Sequence record: OM319461.1
Strand: one strand, 5' to 3'
DNA length: 64,000 bases
In this document: in pieces, positions 57,222-64,000 of the stretch
How positions within the stretch are numbered: the first letter of the stretch is position 1
Layout of the letters: each line of letters opens with the position of its first letter
Position numbers and translations under genes: made by a program
Notes under the pieces: generated by a model
Seen by the model: only the letters and a program-made list of their open reading frames with translations
Databases searched by the model: none
What the model was told of the DNA's origin: nothing

Positions 57222-58496
57222 ACTATTCTAGCAACAATTAGTCCGGGTTCAATCACGATTCCTGCTGGCGATTCGTTCGGACCAGATTCGGTTCGTCAAA
57301 AAGTGGTAGATGTATCCGCAGAGGATACGATGACTAACTGGGCATTAAACGACTGGTCAAGTGCTAGTGATGCCCGTGTGTACTTCCAACAAGCTCACTG
57401 TTCTACTGACGAAGGTATGTGGCAACACACTCGCCTCAAGTGGACTGGCGACGCTGGTCTGCGTATCTTCTACTGGGATGAAACAAAGACTAAGCGCATG
57501 TCCATTAACTTACAGCGTGGCTCTTGTTACGGCGCAAGTATTGGTGGTGGCTCTGGCTCAACAGTTACCTTTACTCCATTCGATCTTAATAAATGGATCG
57601 ACATCGATATCGAGTTTAAGAAGACTGATGGTTGGCGTCTTTTCGCAGATGGTACACAGATCGCATCTGGCGATTTCGCATGGCCTGCTGACTGCAACCT
57701 ATTGAGTTGCACATTTGCAATTCCGACTAACCTGAACCTCACCGAGGGTGTTATTTCAACAACAGACACTCGTGGTTGGCGTATCCAATCAGAAGTACCT
57801 GCTTCTATGGTTCTGAATGGTTTTGCTGGTGATATTGCTGAGCTGCAAACTTTGGCTCCAGACCAAGGTGGTGTAAGTTCCACGGGTGTCGGCTCAACTG
57901 CGAAGTTTGACTTTACCGCTGTACCTACCGACATGAATATTGCGGCTGTTAACTTTTCTACAATCAGTGATACGTCTGGTGCTACTGAGTCGCCTTATCT
58001 TGCACAGATCTTGGAAGAGAATGGCAATCGCCACTTCGTTGGCTTTATTGCGGTTACTGCTGACTCAGAAGACAATCCAACAACGTTTGTTTCTGATGTA
58101 AACCCGACCGATGGTTCCGTCTGGACACCTGCGGTGATCAATGCCTCTACTCTTTCAGTCGAGAATGTACACTATCAAGCTTTCTCTTCTGCGGCAGTAA
58201 GCGGAGGTTATGGTCTTGACTCAGGCGGCGCAGACTGGACGGATGGCACCACGATGAGTATCAAGGTTGACTCAGGTGCACGTACCGTCCGAGTTTTCAA
58301 TAAAGGCGACGATACTGTCAAATACGGAACGGCCGATGATCTTTACCTATGGCTTTGGTTGGACGACTTATCTAAAGAGTTCAAAGGCAAAGTAACATGG
58401 GATGGAAACGGCTATGTGGCCGCTACGGATGATACCAACTACAATATGGTTATTTCCGCCGGCATCAACATGGCAATGACATTTGTTGCACTATAA
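57219..58496 (+). CDS. adhesin/fibre paralog 6
   Basis: WQHTRLK, EGVISTTDTRGWRI, NPTDGSVWT. Confidence 0.75.
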   Translation: MTILATISPGSITIPAGDSFGPDSVRQKVVDVSAEDTMTNWALNDWSSASDARVYFQQAHCSTDEGMWQHTRLKWTGDAGLRIFYWDETKTKRMSINLQRGSCYGASIGGGSGSTVTFTPFDLNKWIDIDIEFKKTDGWRLFADGTQIASGDFAWPADCNLLSCTFAIPTNLNLTEGVISTTDTRGWRIQSEVPASMVLNGFAGDIAELQTLAPDQGGVSSTGVGSTAKFDFTAVPTDMNIAAVNFSTISDTSGATESPYLAQILEENGNRHFVGFIAVTADSEDNPTTFVSDVNPTDGSVWTPAVINASTLSVENVHYQAFSSAAVSGGYGLDSGGADWTDGTTMSIKVDSGARTVRVFNKGDDTVKYGTADDLYLWLWLDDLSKEFKGKVTWDGNGYVAATDDTNYNMVISAGINMAMTFVAL

Positions 58497-58506
58497 GGAG
58501 TAACGC

Positions 58507-60387
58507 ATGAGTACAACAACACCAGAAATTCTTGGTGATTCAGGTACAATTGCCATACTGCATGTCTTTCAAAAAGACGGACCAGTAGACTTAGAGATTA
58601 CTTTAGGTGCCACTACCACGGGTGCCACGTCAATTAACGTGGAAGTTAAGAACCTTGATTTTGGTCTTACTTACGACACACTTGAGTTTACTGGCCTGAC
58701 TAGTACCACGTCAACAGTTACGAAAACAATAACTGTGGCAGGTACAACAGGGGAAGTAGTTGGTTTGGTGGCCAATCAAACAGGCGGTACAAACGTCTGG
58801 GTTGATTCTAGTATTGCAGTGCCAACCACTGGCATTGAGCATGCAACTGCTGGCTCACGTAACATCTGGATGTCGGCTAATACCAGTCTTTATGTTTATG
58901 AACAAAACGCCTGGGTACAGATGGCCAATGATCCTGGCATCAGTGCCATTAGTGCACTTGGTATTGATGCAACGTCAGACAGTGCCCTTGTGGTTGATTC
59001 TGCTGGCAATAAGATCTATCGTGTTACACGTGATGATGTTTGGACCGACGTAACCAATGGCGAAGATGTCTCTACTGTAGACTGTATTGCTGGTACAGGC
59101 GATACTGAAATTGCCATTACTAAAGCAGATGGTTCGATTCGTGTTTATGATGGCTCTGCTTGGACAGACAGAAACGACAACAGTCAACGTGCTTTGTACA
59201 TCCAGTATGACGCTTTCAGTAACTTACGTTATCGTCGAGCTGTGGCCCCGTATGCCGAGAAGACCTGGAGTGGTTCATCCTGGGATGGTGTGTCCGGTTT
59301 TGGTACTGTGACAGCGCTACACTATGCTTTCCGTGGTACTGTACCGTCGGACGACCTTACTGTAGCTGGTATTACTAATGCTGGTAGCAATTGGACGCAA
59401 ACAGAAAACCGCATTCGCTATGGCAATGGCACTGCTCATGTATGGACCAACGACCCAGATCCTTCTGTGATCAATTACCAAGGTGGCTTCCACTTAGGTA
59501 CTGACGAACACATTGTCCATGATGACAAGATCGTTACGGTTGATACGCAATACGAAATCAATTTCGAAGGTCTAAGTGTTACAGAGGTAGTACAGACGAA
59601 TGGTCCACACGTACATCACTTGATGCGTGAAACAATACTGACACCTGATGCTGGTCCTCATGTTCATCACTTGATGCGCGAGGCGATACTTACACCTGTC
59701 TTGGCAAAAGCAACATTGCAGAAGCAAGCAGTATCGGTTGTTATCAAGCCACCACCACCCGAAGTCACACTTCAGAAGCAAGCTGTCTCGGTTGTTGTTC
59801 AACCTAAACCAGCCAATCTGAAACTCCAGAAGCAAACCGTTTCCGTAGTATTGGAACCTTTGCCACCCGAACTAAAACTTCAGAAGCAAACGATCTCGGT
59901 TGTACTGGAAGCTAAACCTGCTGGTCCATACGTTAACCATCTTGTATCGGAAGCCGTACTAAAACCAGATCCAGGCCCAGCTGTAAAACATATTGTTTCG
60001 GAAGCAGTCTTGAAACCTGACCCAGGTCCGGCAATCAAGCATATGGTTTCAGAAGCAGTATTGGTGAAGGCTGAAGAACTGAAGGTATTGAAACAGACAG
60101 CTTATGCGGTATTGAAACCTAAGTCAGGTCCAAATATTCTTAAGCAATCTGGTTATGCGGTACTGAAGCCTAAGACTGGCCCTAACGTACTTAAGCAGTC
60201 TGCTTATGCTGTACTGCGTCCGTCTCTGGTTAACCGAGTACACAAACAGTCCGTTACTGTATTGATGAAGCCTAAGACGGTTGTATCGCTACACAAAGCT
60301 TCTGTGACGGTCCTTGTGCGTACGATTCCGCTTAGGAAGAAACGTCGCTTTGTTTCACAGCATGTCGTGGAGATTAAATCATCATGA
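58507..60387 (+). CDS. fibre-associated protein with C-terminal 17-18-aa repeat array (putative scaffold)
   Basis: Beta-rich N-terminus homologous to 1227-aa protein; 14 tandem repeats. Confidence 0.75.
   Translation: MSTTTPEILGDSGTIAILHVFQKDGPVDLEITLGATTTGATSINVEVKNLDFGLTYDTLEFTGLTSTTSTVTKTITVAGTTGEVVGLVANQTGGTNVWVDSSIAVPTTGIEHATAGSRNIWMSANTSLYVYEQNAWVQMANDPGISAISALGIDATSDSALVVDSAGNKIYRVTRDDVWTDVTNGEDVSTVDCIAGTGDTEIAITKADGSIRVYDGSAWTDRNDNSQRALYIQYDAFSNLRYRRAVAPYAEKTWSGSSWDGVSGFGTVTALHYAFRGTVPSDDLTVAGITNAGSNWTQTENRIRYGNGTAHVWTNDPDPSVINYQGGFHLGTDEHIVHDDKIVTVDTQYEINFEGLSVTEVVQTNGPHVHHLMRETILTPDAGPHVHHLMREAILTPVLAKATLQKQAVSVVIKPPPPEVTLQKQAVSVVVQPKPANLKLQKQTVSVVLEPLPPELKLQKQTISVVLEAKPAGPYVNHLVSEAVLKPDPGPAVKHIVSEAVLKPDPGPAIKHMVSEAVLVKAEELKVLKQTAYAVLKPKSGPNILKQSGYAVLKPKTGPNVLKQSAYAVLRPSLVNRVHKQSVTVLMKPKTVVSLHKASVTVLVRTIPLRKKRRFVSQHVVEIKSS
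59602..60330 (+). repeat. 14 tandem coding repeats of about 51-54 bp
   Basis: GPHVHHLMRE.. x2, LQKQ.VSVV x4, H.VSEAVL x3, LKQ..YAVL x3, HK.SVTVL x2. Confidence 0.9.
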
Positions 60388-60869
60388 GTGATATCCAATA
60401 CATCGTATCGACCGATGCTCCAGAAAACCCATTAAACAGTACAGGTAAAGACTTGGCACTGGTGGTCAACACCATCATCGATTTAACAGGTGCATTGATT
60501 GATCGTAACTCTGAACCACCAATCAATCCGGACGTCAATACTTATACGGCGTTTAACAATAATATCAGTTATTCGTTTGGTGACGAAATCCGAACACCCA
60601 AAGGGTACTTTCGTGCAATTCAGGACATTCCTGTAAATCCAGGATATGGTTTTGCTAATATGAATGCCTGGCTTGTGTTCTATGTTCCGAATATTGATGG
60701 TAAGCCTTTTGCTGGTTTACATACACCCGGTTTCCAATATCCAAAGGGTGTTTACCTAGCCAAGATCGAAGGTAGCAACATGCGTGTTCTGCGCACAGTA
60801 AACGACATCGAGCAAGGTTCTTTGTTTGTTGAAGCTGACTTTGTTCAAGAATACAGCTATACACTTTAA
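60384..60869 (+). CDS. fibre-associated protein, paralog of 49364 N-terminus
   Basis: NSTGKDLALVVNTIIDLTGAL / GDEIRTPKGYFRAI vs NSTGRMIADSVNGLIDLVGAL / GSEIRTAFGYFRCI. Confidence 0.75.
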   Translation: MSDIQYIVSTDAPENPLNSTGKDLALVVNTIIDLTGALIDRNSEPPINPDVNTYTAFNNNISYSFGDEIRTPKGYFRAIQDIPVNPGYGFANMNAWLVFYVPNIDGKPFAGLHTPGFQYPKGVYLAKIEGSNMRVLRTVNDIEQGSLFVEADFVQEYSYTL

Positions 60870-60878
60870 GGAGTAGAA

Positions 60879-61523
60879 ATGCATCACGAGTTATTCATTG
60901 TTCGTGTTGTGGGTTACAACGGGGTGGTTTTCACCCCGACTAACCTATACATTACGAACTCCTTTATGTATCATCGCTATGTGGAAAACGCCGTTTACAA
61001 CTACCGCGAAGGTATTGAGTTTCTTGTCGACTCTATCGAGGATAACGAAGATCGCGGGGTGCTTGTGCTTAATGGCGATACGGCCACATATCGTGACGGT
61101 GAAGGTTTGGGTACATCTCCAGTTAAAGTTTATACTGCGCTGATTCCGCAATTCGACAATACAACTGAATATGCGAATGAGGACGTCGTTTACTTTTCTG
61201 GACGTGCCTATTTCCGTAACCGTGCTGGTTCGGGTAACTGGAATCGAAACGACTGGACAGAAATCATCGGTGGGCATACTTTAAGTACACTAACGTACTA
61301 TCTGCACTTTGATCTTTCCGGTGGTGACCGACAGTTAGGTGAAGGTACATTCTTCTATGGTGACACACTGGAGTTTGCTGAGAAACCATTCAAGCCTGAG
61401 GAATCATACAAGATAGACACTGGCGAAATTGAAATTGTCAAGGATATCAATGACCGGTTCTTTGAGCAGTTTTATGCCGACTATGCCATTCATGATGGTA
61501 CGGTGTTACACGAAGAATTTTAG
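60879..61523 (+). CDS. fibre-associated protein with CBM5/12-like module
   Basis: FDNTTEYANEDVVYFSGRAY...W; AAGGAG SD. Confidence 0.7.
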   Translation: MHHELFIVRVVGYNGVVFTPTNLYITNSFMYHRYVENAVYNYREGIEFLVDSIEDNEDRGVLVLNGDTATYRDGEGLGTSPVKVYTALIPQFDNTTEYANEDVVYFSGRAYFRNRAGSGNWNRNDWTEIIGGHTLSTLTYYLHFDLSGGDRQLGEGTFFYGDTLEFAEKPFKPEESYKIDTGEIEIVKDINDRFFEQFYADYAIHDGTVLHEEF

Positions 61524-61545
61524 AAAAAAAAAATAAGAAAGAATA

Positions 61546-61569
61546 CCTACCTGCCTTCGGGCAGGTAGG
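61546..61569. terminator. bidirectional terminator between convergent genes
   Basis: CCTACCTGCC-TTCG-GGCAGGTAGG; A-run on left, T-rich on right. Confidence 0.85.
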
Positions 61570-61581
61570 GTTCTATTATCT

Positions 61582-62514
61582 TTACACTGGGAAAGTGTAT
61601 TGAGTTACTTTGGTTTCACCGTCTTCGGTAGCACGTAAAACAACACTAGCGATTGTATCACCAGAACGCTCATAAGTGTAAGACGTGTGACGTTTGTCAG
61701 CGTACTTACCGGTTGTGCGAGATACTTCAGAGATTGTGAAGTTATCGATTAGGTTGTCGTCTGTGTACTCGAAGTTCACAAGTGTAACAACAGGTAGGTC
61801 ATGATGACTAGGAGCAGCCGCCCACTTTTGTAGACCAACATCAGTTAGAATCTGACCATCTTTACGATAAGTACCTGTAGAATCACCATCGACTACCACA
61901 AAGCCGTACTCTTCTTCTTTGATGCTGATGTTCTTGTTTCCATCGCGGTAAACTTCATAGCCGTCACGAGTCTCGACTAGAGAAGCAATAATGTTACGTT
62001 CTGTTTCGTCACCATCGACGCGTGTCTGTTCTACAGCACTAGTCAATGGGAAGCCAGGTAAGCTAGTCTGGATGTACTCCCATTTAGTTACCGCAATGCC
62101 AGAAGACATCGGAGTTTCTTGTTTAACTACTTCACCAGTTTCTTTGTTGATGTACTGTTTGTAAAGTAGACTTTTGTGCATGCCGTGCATAGTATAGACA
62201 ATGATCCATTCTGGGTTAACCGTAACGGTCATGTTGCCACTGATGAACGAATAGTTCTCTGAATCCGTGATTGTAACGTCAGTGATAGTGTCGCCCATGC
62301 GAACAACTTCGTCGCCACACTCGCGCTTAATGTTGAAGAAGTCAAGCAGAGACATTTCTTTAAACACACCGTAAACGTCAAGTGTAGTTAGTAGGCTAGA
62401 AGACATAAAGCTGTCGAATCTACGTGTACCTAATAGAAGATCCAGTAGGCCTGTTTCTACTTTAGTTGCAGCTAGGAATTCGTTTACTTCTTTTGAAAAT
62501 GTTTTAACAGTCAT
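61582..62514 (-). CDS. hypothetical beta-rich protein with YD-like C-terminus (start MTVKTF)
   Basis: FEYTDDNLI, SYTYERSGDTIASV; GGAG SD. Confidence 0.7.
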   Translation of the reverse strand: MTVKTFSKEVNEFLAATKVETGLLDLLLGTRRFDSFMSSSLLTTLDVYGVFKEMSLLDFFNIKRECGDEVVRMGDTITDVTITDSENYSFISGNMTVTVNPEWIIVYTMHGMHKSLLYKQYINKETGEVVKQETPMSSGIAVTKWEYIQTSLPGFPLTSAVEQTRVDGDETERNIIASLVETRDGYEVYRDGNKNISIKEEEYGFVVVDGDSTGTYRKDGQILTDVGLQKWAAAPSHHDLPVVTLVNFEYTDDNLIDNFTISEVSRTTGKYADKRHTSYTYERSGDTIASVVLRATEDGETKVTQYTFPV

Positions 62515-62581
62515 GAGAATACTCCGATTAAGATTTAGATAAAAATAATAAGGAGGACGATTTAACGTCCTCAATCAGTAT

Positions 62582-62595
62582 GGTTATATAGAGAT
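62582..62595 (-). promoter_or_regulatory. putative early promoter
   Basis: ATCTCTATATAACC. Confidence 0.75.
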
Positions 62596-62604
62596 AAAGA
62601 TTTC

Positions 62605-63063
62605 TTAAAACGTACCTAAGCACATCCAAAGCTTGTTTTCACCAAGGAACGGATGTTCGTTATCCATCAGGTCGATAACAACGAGTCTCCATTCAACAGA
62701 GTAACTACCACCATGGTTGGTTAGTAGGAAATCTAATCGTACTTCCATGCCGGCGTCAAAGTATTCTTTGGCAATGGCCTCTACAATAAAGCTAGGTAGG
62801 TCAACATGTCTTTCAATGTACCCGCCTTTCTCTAGTGGAATGGTTTGGTCGTGGCTAATGATAACCTCGTGCATCTCATCGGCATGTTCGATGTAAATGC
62901 GGTCAGACGCATACAACTTTGGTTCTTTCGCTTGAGTACCAAAGATTTGTTTTGTTGACCAGATGCAACCGGATGTACACGGAGCTAACTGAATCGTACA
63001 TGTGTGCAGATTGTGTACTAGGCGATGTTCTTTTGTTAGGTCAGAACGTTTAGGAAAAAACAT
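62605..63063 (-). CDS. hypothetical protein (start MFFPKRS)
   Basis: GAGG SD. Confidence 0.65.
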   Translation of the reverse strand: MFFPKRSDLTKEHRLVHNLHTCTIQLAPCTSGCIWSTKQIFGTQAKEPKLYASDRIYIEHADEMHEVIISHDQTIPLEKGGYIERHVDLPSFIVEAIAKEYFDAGMEVRLDFLLTNHGGSYSVEWRLVVIDLMDNEHPFLGENKLWMCLGTF

Positions 63064-64000
63064 ATTTAGCCTCTTTGCTTTGTGGGTTTGAGTTGTCACG
63101 TTTCTTTGAGATTTGGAAGACGGCTTCCACATCCACATCTTTTACCATAGAACGACAGTTCGTGAAGAAGCCGCCAGGTAGTGGTTTTAAGTCAACGTAG
63201 AATAAATTGCCGTCTGTAAAATACGGCAAGGCGGTTGGGTCAGTCCAGATAGATTGGCCGAGTACCATCGCTTGTTGGTCGGCTGCACGATAGTATTCTT
63301 CTTCAGTTACCCCATTAAACGGCCCAGGCTTGTCCATATTACGCAATAGACGTAACTCTAGGTCTTTGTTCACATAATGCACAAAACCGTGACATGGGTC
63401 TCCTGGAGCGTCTANGACAACGATCTCNGATTCGTACTTTTGNTTAAAGGTNGAGGTAACTGCACGNAACATTTCTTTNTGNGTACGNACNCGNTTCCAA
63501 TGCTTCTCGCCATCGTNTTCNCNGAGTATCCATTGNTGTTCCATGCCNGCNCGCTTNAAGATNATNNCNGTNCCNNNNGTTGATTCNGATGCNTNNGGNA
63601 NAGTCATNCGAATCTCTAGCNTNGGNTTTGACAATGCNTNGANNANTTCNTCTGTGCGNTACTGAACCCAATGGNACNNTCCAGCNACNCANNTCNCCAT
63701 CAAANTCNGCACACTCTGNAAACATTTTACGNACNTCNATNCCTGNNNNTNCNACCCAGTNCCANTTNTAACTCNCGNTCNANGNCNCACNNNTCNTCAT
63801 ANTGCATATGACATNAGTAAAGTCTTGATCGTACTTGGCATTACGAGGAGCACTGCCAAACAGATACCATTTACGATACCAGAGTGCATCATTGATACCT
63901 TCTAACGTTTGGTCTACATAAGAATGTTTACTCTTTTCCGCAGCCCAAGCTAGATGCTCCAATTCAGAAGTAAATGATTCCATGGTGTACCAAAGCTTTA
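63050..64000 (-). CDS. hypothetical protein, partial, polymorphic with apparent frame switches in the N-rich block
   Basis: Frame open to window edge (KLWYTMESF...); wobble-position Ns change frame near 63770 and 63700. Confidence 0.5.

Overview
A 64-kb segment of a phiKZ-like jumbo phage, probably infecting a gammaproteobacterium such as Vibrio (host is inference). The classification rests on phiKZ-type internal head protein paralogs, nine copies of a TATAT(T/A)AC early-promoter motif, and the gene organisation. Almost all genes are on the minus strand. In order, these are an internal-head-protein paralog cluster (<1-4.6 kb), early small/membrane/secreted genes with repeated regulatory cassettes (5-17 kb), and a 1227-aa DUF285/BspA-repeat fibre-like protein. 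Next come class Ia RNR (nrdB carrying a 333-aa LAGLIDADG intein beside the E115 iron ligand; intact nrdA), dTMP kinase, a NADAR protein, NAD-dependent ligase, a BCS1-like membrane AAA+ ATPase, an HslV-like Ntn hydrolase and a HAD protein. A plus-strand island (49.4-61.5 kb) encodes six tandem paralogous adhesin-like proteins. It also encodes a 626-aa protein whose C-terminus is 14 short beta-strand repeats in six sequence blocks, which I propose is a docking scaffold for a branched receptor-binding apparatus; this is the best candidate for an undescribed system. Two blocks of N bases (36.3-36.8 kb, 63.4-63.8 kb) fall mostly at wobble positions and look like a consensus of divergent alleles. 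I saw no tRNA, rRNA, CRISPR array or transposase. All family assignments come from motif recognition by eye, not database searches.
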